A stretch of DNA of 64,000 nucleotides, from assembly GCA_043827405.1 (NCBI GenBank), contig JBDRPD010000025.1, positions 1 to 64,000 on the forward strand. The letters are read 5' to 3'. Both the position numbers and the translations under genes were made by a program. The stretch's first letter is position 1. Every line of letters begins with the position of its first letter. The notes under the pieces are model-generated. The model ran no database searches and had not been told where the DNA came from. It worked only from the letters and a program-made list of their open reading frames with translations. This document shows, piece by piece, positions 9,492 to 18,357 of this stretch. The DNA is from Elusimicrobiota bacterium (lineage in GTDB: Bacteria; Elusimicrobiota; Elusimicrobia; UBA1565).

Positions 9492-10625
9492 TTAATTTAA
9501 AACGGTCCGCGACAGCACGATCTTGCCGATCTCGGTGGTTCCGCCGGCCGAGATGCAGACCATGGCGTCGCGCAGCAGCCGCTGGACCGGATACTCCATC
9601 ATCGCTCCGCAGCCGCCGTGGATCTCAAGCGCCTTGCGCGCCGCCCGCGCCGCCGCCTGGGTGGTGTAGAGCTTGGCCAGCGTCATCGCGGTCGCGCATT
9701 CCCGGCCCTTATCCTTGAGCCACGAGCCGCGATAGCAAAGCAGCCGCGCCGCCTCCAGATCGGTAATGATGTCCGAGATATGCCACTGGATGGCCTGCAG
9801 CGACGAGATCGGCCGCCGGTAGAGCGTCCGCTCCTTGGCGAACTTGACCGCTTCATCGTGGCAGGCCTGAAGGATGCCGAGCGCGGTGGCCGCCATGCCG
9901 GGCCGCCCGACCTCGCTGATGGTCTTGAGCGCGACCTTCATGCCGTCGCCCTCGTCGCCGACCAGGGCGTCGCTCCCGAGCCGGCAGTTCTTGAAGAACA
10001 GCTCACCGGTATCGGCGCCCCGCAGCCCCAGTTTGTCCTCGTGGCGGCCGGGCTTGAAGCCCTTGACGCCGCGCTCCACGACGAAGGCGCTTAAGCCCCG
10101 CGCCCCGGCGCCGGTCTTGGCGATAACCACCGGCGCGTCGCACAGGTGCGAGTTGGTAATAAAGCACTTGCGGCCGTTGAGCAGGTAGCCCGTCCCCTCG
10201 GGGTTCGCCGTGCTCATCATGCCGACGAGGTCCGAGCCGCCCGTCGGCTCGGTCACCGCCACCACCCCCAAATAGTCGCCGCGCGTCAGGGCCGGAACGT
10301 ACTTCTTCTTCTGCTTCTCGGTGCCCCAGTCGAGCACGGCCGCGATGTGCATGTGATGCACCTGCAGGCTGATGCCCACGGCGGCGGATACGCGGGAAAT
10401 CTCCTCGATGGCGGCCGTCCGGGCCAGGTAGCCCAAAGCGGAACCGCCGTAGGCCTTGGGCGTGATAAGGCCGAGCAGTCCCACCTCCCCCATTTCCCGG
10501 ATCAAACGCTTGGGATAGTCGCCGGTTTTTTCCATGCGGTCGACCAAGGGAGCGATTCGCTGCTGGGCGAATTCACGCGCGGTCCGCTTTACGATCTTTA
10601 CTTCCTTAGAAAGGTCGAAATCCAT
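9492..10625 (-). CDS. Acyl-CoA dehydrogenase family protein
   Basis: AVTEPTGGSD, LNGRKCFITN, KLGLRG, LEIHGGCG and RLLRDA. Confidence 0.93.
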   Translation of the reverse strand: MDFDLSKEVKIVKRTAREFAQQRIAPLVDRMEKTGDYPKRLIREMGEVGLLGLITPKAYGGSALGYLARTAAIEEISRVSAAVGISLQVHHMHIAAVLDWGTEKQKKKYVPALTRGDYLGVVAVTEPTGGSDLVGMMSTANPEGTGYLLNGRKCFITNSHLCDAPVVIAKTGAGARGLSAFVVERGVKGFKPGRHEDKLGLRGADTGELFFKNCRLGSDALVGDEGDGMKVALKTISEVGRPGMAATALGILQACHDEAVKFAKERTLYRRPISSLQAIQWHISDIITDLEAARLLCYRGSWLKDKGRECATAMTLAKLYTTQAAARAARKALEIHGGCGAMMEYPVQRLLRDAMVCISAGGTTEIGKIVLSRTVLN

Positions 10626-10734
10626 ACTCTGACTCCGCTTAAAGCAAGGTTGGATGCTGCAGGCTTACGCAGACTTTATCAAATGGCGAAGCGGGGATGC
10701 TAACCGTCACGGCACGCAAAAAATCGTTTCTTTC

Positions 10735-10801
10735 AAAGGTAAATTTTTGGTAAACACCATAGAATTGCCGGCGCTCGCGTGCTACTCTTATGGCATAGCG
10801 C
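10735..10801 (+). promoter_or_regulatory. Conserved upstream element of protease gene 1 (paralogous to 13312-13378)
   Basis: GTAAATTTTTGGTAAACACCATAGA...GCGTGCTACTCTTATGGCATA before the ATG. Contains an extended -10-like TGcTACTCT. Confidence 0.6.
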
Positions 10802-12919
10802 ATGCGCATCATCTATCTGACACTTTCCTTCGTGCTGTTGGCGGCGCCCGCTCAAGCGCGCCCGGCGAACCAGGAGCTGACCGGCGCCGCCAACCAGCTG
10901 CGGCGGACGGCCCGACTAAGCGCCAACATTGTCCGCGGGCTTGATACGCGCCTGCAGAAAGCCAAAGAGAAGGCGCCTGACGCCGCCGCCCAACTGGACG
11001 CCATCCATCTCCGCCTGGTCGGCCAAGGCGGCAAGGGCGGACTGTGGTTTACCCTGGTGAGCGCGGACCGGGATATAGAAACGGCGCTCAAGATTATCGA
11101 CCGGTATCCTGATCCCTGCCGGGGCGCCAAGCTGGGGACCTGGGAGGCGCTGGTCGCGGCGGAGAAGCTGCTGCGCCAAGCCCTCGATGAGCTGCAGAAG
11201 GTTCCCGGCGAAACCGACGGCATCGCCGCCGCGGACGCGGCGCTGGCGCGGCTCGAAAAGGACGCGGGCGATGACCGCTTCAGCTGGAAGGCGCTGCGGG
11301 CGCGAACCGCTCTCATGAGCTACCGGCGGCGCCAAGAGAAAGGCCTGAGCGCCATCAAGAGGAGCCTCCAGGCCGCGCTGCGCGCTCCAGCTTTCGGGCG
11401 GATCGGACAGCTCGGCAGCCGGGATTCCTGCGGCGCAGATCCGGCGCGCGAGACGGACGCCGCCGCGCCGGCCGCGGATAACGCCGACCCGCCGGATAAA
11501 GCCGCCAAGACGGAGATCGATCCGCAGTTCAAGGCCGGCGTGGACTCTATTGTCAAAGCATCCAAAAAGCCCTGCGACGCCGCGCAAGGAGAACCGATGG
11601 CGCTGCGGCGCTACGACAGCAAGGGCAAGGCGCAGTACTACAGCTTCGCCAGGCAGTGCCAGAACAACGCGGTCAAATCGGTGCTGAGCTCGCTGGAAGG
11701 CCAGCTTGCATGCGGCAGCATGGACTACGCCTGCAAGCGCGGCGTCCGCACGCTGGGACTGGACGCCAAGGAGAGCTTTACCGCCTGCCTCGACAAGAGC
11801 GGCTCCGCGGCGGCCTGCCTGCGGGAGAGCGTGACGGCGATGCAGGACAACGGGGTCTACCAGGACGCCGCCGCCCGCCAATGCAAGAAGGCCGAAGACG
11901 GAGCGCAGTGCCGGCAGCAGTTCCTGGAAGACCAGCTGGAGGCGGCGTTCAAGGACGTCCTGGAACGGGAGATTCCCGCGGCCGACAAGCGCTACACGGT
12001 CAAGGCGGACGATCCCAACCGGCCGGACTTCAGCGGCACCGTCTGCCACAACGGAATCTTTGACTGCAGCCCGGTCGACTATAAGTACCAGAAGGTCGAG
12101 GGCGACCTGTTCGTCAAGGGCAGCGACGACGCGACTCCGGTCAAGCTCGACGATGTGGCGCAGGGCTATCTGGGGGACTGCTACTACCTGGCCTCCCTCG
12201 CGGCGGTCGCGCAGAAAAAGCCGCAGGTGATCCAAAACATGATCAAGGACAACAAGGACGGCACCTATACGGTGACGCTCTATACCGATGACGACCGCGA
12301 CGGCAAGCTGACGGCCGAGAAGTTCGTTATCGACAACCAGTTCCCGGTCACCGGCAGCGGCGGCGCGGCCTTCGCGCAAGTAAACAAAGAGGCCGTCGGG
12401 CCCGGCGCGATGTCCAAGTTCCTGCTCTCCGGGCTGACCCGGATCGGCGTGGAGGAGCAGAAGAGCAAGAGCCTGCTCAGCCGGCTGGGGCTGTACCGCA
12501 ATGAAGAGGAAGTGCAGGAGCTGTGGCCGCTGATCGCCGAGAAGGCCCTGGCCCAAGCGACCAGCAACGGGTCTTACAACATCATCGGCAACGGCGGCTA
12601 TCCCAGCGCCGCCCTCAGCGACATCACCGGCCAGGCCAGCGTCGACTTAACCGATATGTCGGTCAAGAACATGGCGCAGATGGACGGCAAGGGCTACGCC
12701 ATGGTCGCCAGCTCCAAGCCCGATCCCGGCAATGGTAAGATCGTCGGCGGGCACGCATACGCCATCACCGAAGTCGATGTCGAAAAGGGCACGGTAACAC
12801 TGTTTAATCCCTGGGGCTTCGGCAATTCGCAGCAGCAGACGACGCCGACGTACGTGACCCTGACGGAGCAAGAGTTCAAGAATGCGTTCGAGGTTGTGGA
12901 TGCCAATCCGATTTCCTAA
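10802..12919 (+). CDS. Secreted C2-family (calpain-like) cysteine protease 1
   Basis: Signal peptide. Catalytic motifs QGYLGDCYYLASL, GGHAYAI and FNPWG, plus WPLIAEKA. Confidence 0.88.
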   Translation: MRIIYLTLSFVLLAAPAQARPANQELTGAANQLRRTARLSANIVRGLDTRLQKAKEKAPDAAAQLDAIHLRLVGQGGKGGLWFTLVSADRDIETALKIIDRYPDPCRGAKLGTWEALVAAEKLLRQALDELQKVPGETDGIAAADAALARLEKDAGDDRFSWKALRARTALMSYRRRQEKGLSAIKRSLQAALRAPAFGRIGQLGSRDSCGADPARETDAAAPAADNADPPDKAAKTEIDPQFKAGVDSIVKASKKPCDAAQGEPMALRRYDSKGKAQYYSFARQCQNNAVKSVLSSLEGQLACGSMDYACKRGVRTLGLDAKESFTACLDKSGSAAACLRESVTAMQDNGVYQDAAARQCKKAEDGAQCRQQFLEDQLEAAFKDVLEREIPAADKRYTVKADDPNRPDFSGTVCHNGIFDCSPVDYKYQKVEGDLFVKGSDDATPVKLDDVAQGYLGDCYYLASLAAVAQKKPQVIQNMIKDNKDGTYTVTLYTDDDRDGKLTAEKFVIDNQFPVTGSGGAAFAQVNKEAVGPGAMSKFLLSGLTRIGVEEQKSKSLLSRLGLYRNEEEVQELWPLIAEKALAQATSNGSYNIIGNGGYPSAALSDITGQASVDLTDMSVKNMAQMDGKGYAMVASSKPDPGNGKIVGGHAYAITEVDVEKGTVTLFNPWGFGNSQQQTTPTYVTLTEQEFKNAFEVVDANPIS

Positions 12920-13280
12920 AGCCGCGCTGCTCGCCGCCGCCGCGCTGCTCGCCGCCGGCTGCACCCGCTCGGAAAGCACCGCGCCCGGCGCCGCTCCGGC
13001 GCGCACGATCACGATCCCAGCCAAGGCGCAGGGCACATACGGCGACCTGCGCATCGGCGTCGGCAAGGTCGGCCGCGGCGAGTACCTGCTCGAAGACGGC
13101 CGCAAGGAAGACGGCATCGTCGCCGAACTCTGGCTCTCCTACCGGCCCGACGAGTCCAAGAACGCCAAGATCGAGGTCTATATCGGACAGCGGATCGCGC
13201 TCGAAAAGTATTCCTTTACCGTTGAAGACATCCGCAGCGGCAAAGGATCGGTCACGCTGCGATTCGAAGCCGCCCCTTAA
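12900..13280 (+). CDS. Small lipoprotein 1 (partner of protease 1)
   Basis: ATG 12900 follows a GAGG and overlaps the protease stop. Lipobox LAAGC. Similar to 15089-15484. Confidence 0.8.
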   Translation: MPIRFPKAALLAAAALLAAGCTRSESTAPGAAPARTITIPAKAQGTYGDLRIGVGKVGRGEYLLEDGRKEDGIVAELWLSYRPDESKNAKIEVYIGQRIALEKYSFTVEDIRSGKGSVTLRFEAAP

Positions 13281-13311
13281 GCGCTCCGGCCGCGGAATAA
13301 CCCTTCCCCGT

Positions 13312-13378
13312 AAAGTAATTTTTTGGCAAACACCCTAGATAATACGTCGGCGGCGTGCTACGCTAATAGCATACTCGC
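13312..13378 (+). promoter_or_regulatory. Conserved upstream element of protease gene 2
   Basis: GTAATTTTTTGGCAAACACCCTAGA...GCGTGCTACGCTAATAGCATA matches 10735-10801. Confidence 0.6.
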
Positions 13379-15088
13379 ATGCGAATATCCTATTTAACGC
13401 TCACCTCGCTGCTTCTAGCGCTCGGCCCGAACATCCTCGCCGCCGGCGAAACGAACCAGTCCTCCTTCATCAAAGCCGGCCTCTCCCTTAGGAAGGAAGT
13501 CCGCGCGGTCGCCGCCTCCGTCCAGCGTCTCGACGCACAGCGCAAGCTTGCGCGCGGTAAAGTGGAGAAAGCCGCCCCCGTCATCGATGACATCGGCGTC
13601 GATCTGACCGGGCTGGACGGCAAAGGCGGTCTGCGCGGCAACCTGCTGCGGGCCGACAGCGAATTGGCCGACGGCCTCAAAAGCCTGTGGACCCTGCCCG
13701 TCAACTGCGACGGCGCGAAGCTCCAGGAATGGGAGAAAGCCTTGGCGGCGGAGCGCCAAGTAGCCGACATACTAAGGACGCTGGCGGGGCTGCAGAACGA
13801 AACGGTGCGCATCAAGCGCGCCGAAGCGATGCTTAACCCGGTTTACACCTCGCTGCGCCGCAACAGCCGGGACGTCAAGGCGCTCCTCGCGGCCAAGGTC
13901 CTGCGCGCCTACATCCAGGAGCATGTGCGGACGCTCGATGGTGCGGCCAAGCAGCTGGCGGCGGCGCTGCGCGCCAAGGAGTTCACGCAGGTCGGACGCC
14001 TGGCGGAAAACTGGCGCGGCGAAGTCTGCGCCCGGAAGCGCGCCGTCCCGGAAGCCGCGGCGCCCCCGCGCGCGCCGCGCGCTGAGCCCAAGCAGCAGGA
14101 AAAGCCCGCCGCTGCGCCGACAGGCTATTCGCTGCTGCCGCAGGCGCCGCGCAGCATGCCGGCCGCCGCCGCGCCCGCCGCGGCGCCGCAGTCCGCCGGC
14201 CTCAAGAAGCTCGGCAGCGGCATCTGGGACTTCGTCAAAGGCGTCGGCAAAACACTCAAAGAAACCTGGGACCGGCGCAAGCCGATCTGGATGTGGAAGG
14301 ACAAGAAAGACCTGAGCTGGCGGGGCGACGGCGGCATCACCTGGCAGAAGATCGAGGGCGAGCTGCAGATCCAGGGCCGGGGCGACGCCAACAAGATCGC
14401 CGCCAACGACGTCAATCAGGGCTATCTCGGCGACTGCTACTACCTGGCCGCCATGGCCGCCGTCGCGCGCCAGAAGCCGGAAACCATCGACAACATGATG
14501 CAGGACAACGGCGACGGTACCTACTCGGTGACCTATCAGGAGAAGCGGCCCTGGTGGAAGCCCTGGGCGCCCAAGTACACGCCGAAGACCGTCACGGTCG
14601 ACAACGAGTTCCCGGCCTACAATTACGGCGGGCCCGCCTTCGCCCAGTACGGCGACCAGGCCAACGGCAAGCCCGAGCTGTGGACCATGATCGGAGAGAA
14701 GGCTTACGCCCAGTTCGCGGGCAAGGGGCCCTACCTGCGCATCGAGGGCGGCTTCTCGAACACCGCGATGTCGCAGATCACCGGCAAGAAGTCCGAAAGC
14801 TACAGCGCGTCGAAAGTCACCATGGACCAGCTCGCCGCATGGGAAGAGAAGGGCCAGGCCATGACCATCCATACCAAGTCGGACGCCTTATGGGGCCTCT
14901 TCATCCGCGGCGACGAGCTCTACAAGAACGACACCCTCGTCCCCGGTCACGCTTACTACATAAAGGAAGTCGACAAGGAGAAGGGAACCGTGACCCTCGG
15001 CAACCCCTGGGGCTACAAACATGCGACGCTGACCATGGCGCAGTTCCAAAAATCTTTGCAAAATGTACACGTCAACCCGATCGAGTAA
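13379..15088 (+). CDS. Secreted C2-family (calpain-like) cysteine protease 2
   Basis: Signal peptide, QGYLGDCYYLAAM, PGHAYYI and GNPWG. N-terminal domain is similar to protease 1. Confidence 0.88.
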   Translation: MRISYLTLTSLLLALGPNILAAGETNQSSFIKAGLSLRKEVRAVAASVQRLDAQRKLARGKVEKAAPVIDDIGVDLTGLDGKGGLRGNLLRADSELADGLKSLWTLPVNCDGAKLQEWEKALAAERQVADILRTLAGLQNETVRIKRAEAMLNPVYTSLRRNSRDVKALLAAKVLRAYIQEHVRTLDGAAKQLAAALRAKEFTQVGRLAENWRGEVCARKRAVPEAAAPPRAPRAEPKQQEKPAAAPTGYSLLPQAPRSMPAAAAPAAAPQSAGLKKLGSGIWDFVKGVGKTLKETWDRRKPIWMWKDKKDLSWRGDGGITWQKIEGELQIQGRGDANKIAANDVNQGYLGDCYYLAAMAAVARQKPETIDNMMQDNGDGTYSVTYQEKRPWWKPWAPKYTPKTVTVDNEFPAYNYGGPAFAQYGDQANGKPELWTMIGEKAYAQFAGKGPYLRIEGGFSNTAMSQITGKKSESYSASKVTMDQLAAWEEKGQAMTIHTKSDALWGLFIRGDELYKNDTLVPGHAYYIKEVDKEKGTVTLGNPWGYKHATLTMAQFQKSLQNVHVNPIE

Positions 15089-15484
15089 ATGATGAACATG
15101 CCGCGCATCCTCCTCGCCGTGCCGCTCCTCCTGGGGCTCGCCGCCTGCTCGCAGACGGAGCAGGCGCCGCCGCTCGCCGGACCCGCGGCGAAAGGCCGGG
15201 TTATCGAAGTAAAGAAGGGCACCGTCTACCCGCTGGAAGGCGCGCGCATAGCGGCCGGCTGGATCCGGAAGGGCGAGTACGTTGATGACGCCGGCGCCGC
15301 GAAGTCCGGCCTGGTGGCCGGATTGACCATCCTCCTCCCCGGGGACTCGCCCACCGAGCAGTCCGTTTCCGCCTATGCCGGGAAAATATTCCAGGCCGGC
15401 AAACACATGCTCCGCGTCGAAGAGCTCGCCGCCGGCGGCAGCGGCTGGGTGCGCCTGCGCGTGCTCGAGCCGGCGGCGAAGTAG
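15089..15484 (+). CDS. Small lipoprotein 2 (partner of protease 2)
   Basis: Starts immediately after the protease stop. Lipobox LAAC. Shares GEY..D.G....G.VA.L with lipoprotein 1. Confidence 0.8.
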   Translation: MMNMPRILLAVPLLLGLAACSQTEQAPPLAGPAAKGRVIEVKKGTVYPLEGARIAAGWIRKGEYVDDAGAAKSGLVAGLTILLPGDSPTEQSVSAYAGKIFQAGKHMLRVEELAAGGSGWVRLRVLEPAAK

Positions 15485-15519
15485 CCCCCCTACTTCTCCT
15501 TCAGCGTCCCGTCCGGCAG
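15485..15519. repeat. 35-bp direct repeat, copy 1 (duplicate of the 3' end of the 16108-18357 gene)
   Basis: CCCCCCTACTTCTCCTTCAGCGTCCCGTCCGGCAG is identical to 16103-16137. Confidence 0.95.
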
Positions 15520-15537
15520 GTTAAACGCACTTCCCGG

Positions 15538-15563
15538 GGAACCAAACGACCTCTCGATCGTAT
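15538..15563 (+). promoter_or_regulatory. ECF-sigma-like promoter of ORF6N gene 1
   Basis: GGAACC-15nt-CGTAT. The same motif precedes the second ORF6N gene. Confidence 0.55.
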
Positions 15564-15578
15564 TTAGTATTAGAGCCA

Positions 15579-16091
15579 ATGAACTCTCTTATTCCGGCAG
15601 AGCGTATCGAACGGCGCATTTATCTAATCCGCAAACACAAGGTTATGCTCGACCGGGATTTAGCGGGTCTTTACGGTGTGTCCACAAAAGTCCTCAACCA
15701 AGCGGTGAAACGAAACATGAACCGGTTCCCTCCCGAGTTCATGTTCAGGCTCAGCAAAGAGGAGCGAGACGAGGTGGTCACAATCAGTGACCACCTGAAA
15801 AATCTAAAGTATTCCTACCAAATGCCGCTCGCCTTCACCGAGCACGGCGTCGCCATGCTGTCCAGCATCCTCAACAGTCCGCGGGCGATTCAGGTCAACA
15901 TCCAGATCATCAAGACTTTCATCCGCATCCGCGGCATGACTGCCTCTCACGAAAATCTCCGGCAGATAATCGATACTTTGGATAAAAAATATGATGCGCG
16001 CTTCAGGATCGTATTTGCCGCTATCAGAAAACTCATGCGGCCCGATAAGGACGCGATAACGAAAATTGGATTCAGGCCGGTTGGGGATTAA
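15579..16091 (+). CDS. ORF6N (KilA-N-like) domain DNA-binding protein
   Basis: IRKHKVMLDRDLAGLYGV, NQAVKRNMNRFP, AFTEHGVAMLSSILNS and a C-terminal KIGF. Confidence 0.92.
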   Translation: MNSLIPAERIERRIYLIRKHKVMLDRDLAGLYGVSTKVLNQAVKRNMNRFPPEFMFRLSKEERDEVVTISDHLKNLKYSYQMPLAFTEHGVAMLSSILNSPRAIQVNIQIIKTFIRIRGMTASHENLRQIIDTLDKKYDARFRIVFAAIRKLMRPDKDAITKIGFRPVGD

Positions 16092-16102
16092 GTATTAGAC
16101 GC

Positions 16103-16137
16103 CCCCCCTACTTCTCCTTCAGCGTCCCGTCCGGCAG
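16103..16137. repeat. 35-bp direct repeat, copy 2
   Basis: Identical to 15485-15519. Covers the last codons and stop of the membrane glycosyltransferase gene. Confidence 0.95.
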
Positions 16138-18357
16138 CTCGTTCTTTTCCAGAAACTCCAGCATGACCCGCGCCGGGTTCTCGGGGAAGGTCTGCGCATC
16201 GGAGTTCGGCTCATCGAGCACCCGGTACACCGTGAGCCAGCGCGGATTCTCCCCGAAGTCCTCCCGATCCTCGAACTCGCGCGCCAGATAGCGCTTCCAG
16301 AACGCGCCGAAAACCTTGCCGCGCACCACGTCGCGCGGATAAACCGCCGCCGATGCCCGGCGATAGAGCAGCTGGCGCGCGCTCATAAAGATATGCGTAA
16401 TCCCCATGGCGCGCACGCGCCGGTGCAGGTCGGCCGCGTTGGCCGCCTCCCGCGCCGCCTTCCAGAACGGATTTTCGTCATAGAGCGTGGCGGCGATAAA
16501 ATCACGCGGACAATAAAATGCACGCGACTCCCCGAGAAACAAGACCTTCGCTTCCGGCGGCGTCCGCGCGCCGAGATACTCCATCGCGCCGTAGTACGGC
16601 AGGCCGTAAGTCGTCCGCTGCTGCTTGAGAAAGTCGGCCTTGTTCCAGTCCGCGTACAGATAGCGCCACTGGTCGATGAGCGCGCCCTGGCGGTAGGTCA
16701 CCGTCACATTGAAAATGCCGGCAAAGAGCGCCGCCGCCCAGCCGGCGCGGCGCAGCCAGTTAGGGAGCCTCTTCCGGTCCACGGCGAGCGCTGCGACCAA
16801 AGCGAGAAGCGGCAGCGCCGGCAGAGCGTAGCGCACCAGACGGCTGGCGAATACCGCGACCATGATGCCCGAGGCGGCCAGCGCCAGCACGGCCGTGCGC
16901 GCTCCGCCTTCTTTGCCGTCGGCGCGCCAGAAGCTCCACGGCAGCAGCAGCGCCCAGGGCACAAAAATAATGAACGCGGGACCCGGCCAGTCGCCCGCCG
17001 GCCGGTCGCCGAACGAGGCCTTCCATGGCGCCGATACCGCGTCCCAAAACCCGCCCCAGGAGCCGAAGGTGACGGGCAGCCGCCGCGAACCGGCCGCCTC
17101 CATGAAGTTCTGCCAGTCGATGGGGCGCGCCCAGCCCACCGCGCCGTGCATAAACGGATACAGCGGGTTGCCGTAAAACACCGCGTTCTTGATCAGCCAG
17201 GGCGCCAGCACCGCGGCGGCGGCCGCGCCCATCCACAACGAATCGCGCGCGCCCCGCTCGAGCCGCCGTCCCAGCGCATAGCGCACCGCGATTAGCGCCA
17301 GCCCGAGCGGGAAGACGTTGTACTTGGTGCTCATGGCGAAGCCCGCCAAAGCCCCCGCCGCGACGGCCCAAGCGCCGCGCCGCTCTTCGTCCTCCTCGAT
17401 ACTGCGCGACAAGGCGTAGAGCGCGGCCGTTATGTAGAAGCTGGCGCCCAGATCGACTCCGCAATGCCAGCTGGAGTAAATGGCGATCGGACATAAATAG
17501 AACAGGAGCGCCGCGAACACGCCCGTGGACGTCGCGGCGTAGCGCCGCGCCCAGGTCCACAGCGCCCAGACCGTTCCCAGACCGCAAGCGGCATGCACCA
17601 GCGCCGCGAGATTCTCGCTCGACAGCGCAAGCGCCCAGCCGAACAGCATCTGCAGGCCGAAAGGAATTCCCGAATAGACATTTTCCGGCGTCGCAACGAT
17701 GCCGCCGCGATGCAGATACAGCTGCGGCAGCGCCAGATGATATACCAGCGAGTCGTAGAATATCTCGGGGACCAACGTCACCACCAAGTTGAGCAGCGCG
17801 ACGCCCGCGATCAGCGCCGCGGCGCCCAGTTCCCAGGGGCCCCATTCGGCCTGCCGCTGCGGTGCGGCCGGCTCCCGCGGCTCCCGCGCGCGCCCGAAGC
17901 GCTGATAGGCGTCGGCCGCGAGGCCGCCGCATACTCCGCCGTAGAACAGGACCCGCAGAGCACTCACCCGCCACCAACCCGCCAGCCCCAGCAGCAGCAG
18001 GGCGAGAGACGCCGCCCCCGCGCCCAGGGCGCAGCACAGCAGGCGCTCGCCGCGCTCGTCAATGCCGAGGCGGAGGAGAACGACGCGCCCCAAGCGGTCG
18101 AACAGGTACCACATCCCGGCCGCGTGTGCGAGATCGAACAAGGCGTTGGTCAGCAGCAGCCGGACACTCACGGGCAGAAAGCCGGCGATCTGTCCCCAAA
18201 TCTGGGCATCGAACTTCATCCCCAAACGGGCGAAGGCGTATAGGGTCCAAGCCGTCCACAGCCCGGCCGCCGCCGCCGCATAGACCGGCGCGATACCGAA
18301 AGCGAACTGCACGGGCGAGGAGGTCTTCTTGCGCTTGGATTTCCGGCGGCGACTCAA
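16108..18357 (-). CDS. Multi-pass membrane protein, ArnT/PMT-like (GT-C) glycosyltransferase
   Basis: Many TM helices, with YDSLVYHLALP, GFAMSTKY and PWLIKNAVFYGNPLYPF. Confidence 0.7.
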   Translation of the reverse strand: MSRRRKSKRKKTSSPVQFAFGIAPVYAAAAAGLWTAWTLYAFARLGMKFDAQIWGQIAGFLPVSVRLLLTNALFDLAHAAGMWYLFDRLGRVVLLRLGIDERGERLLCCALGAGAASLALLLLGLAGWWRVSALRVLFYGGVCGGLAADAYQRFGRAREPREPAAPQRQAEWGPWELGAAALIAGVALLNLVVTLVPEIFYDSLVYHLALPQLYLHRGGIVATPENVYSGIPFGLQMLFGWALALSSENLAALVHAACGLGTVWALWTWARRYAATSTGVFAALLFYLCPIAIYSSWHCGVDLGASFYITAALYALSRSIEEDEERRGAWAVAAGALAGFAMSTKYNVFPLGLALIAVRYALGRRLERGARDSLWMGAAAAAVLAPWLIKNAVFYGNPLYPFMHGAVGWARPIDWQNFMEAAGSRRLPVTFGSWGGFWDAVSAPWKASFGDRPAGDWPGPAFIIFVPWALLLPWSFWRADGKEGGARTAVLALAASGIMVAVFASRLVRYALPALPLLALVAALAVDRKRLPNWLRRAGWAAALFAGIFNVTVTYRQGALIDQWRYLYADWNKADFLKQQRTTYGLPYYGAMEYLGARTPPEAKVLFLGESRAFYCPRDFIAATLYDENPFWKAAREAANAADLHRRVRAMGITHIFMSARQLLYRRASAAVYPRDVVRGKVFGAFWKRYLAREFEDREDFGENPRWLTVYRVLDEPNSDAQTFPENPARVMLEFLEKNELPDGTLKEK

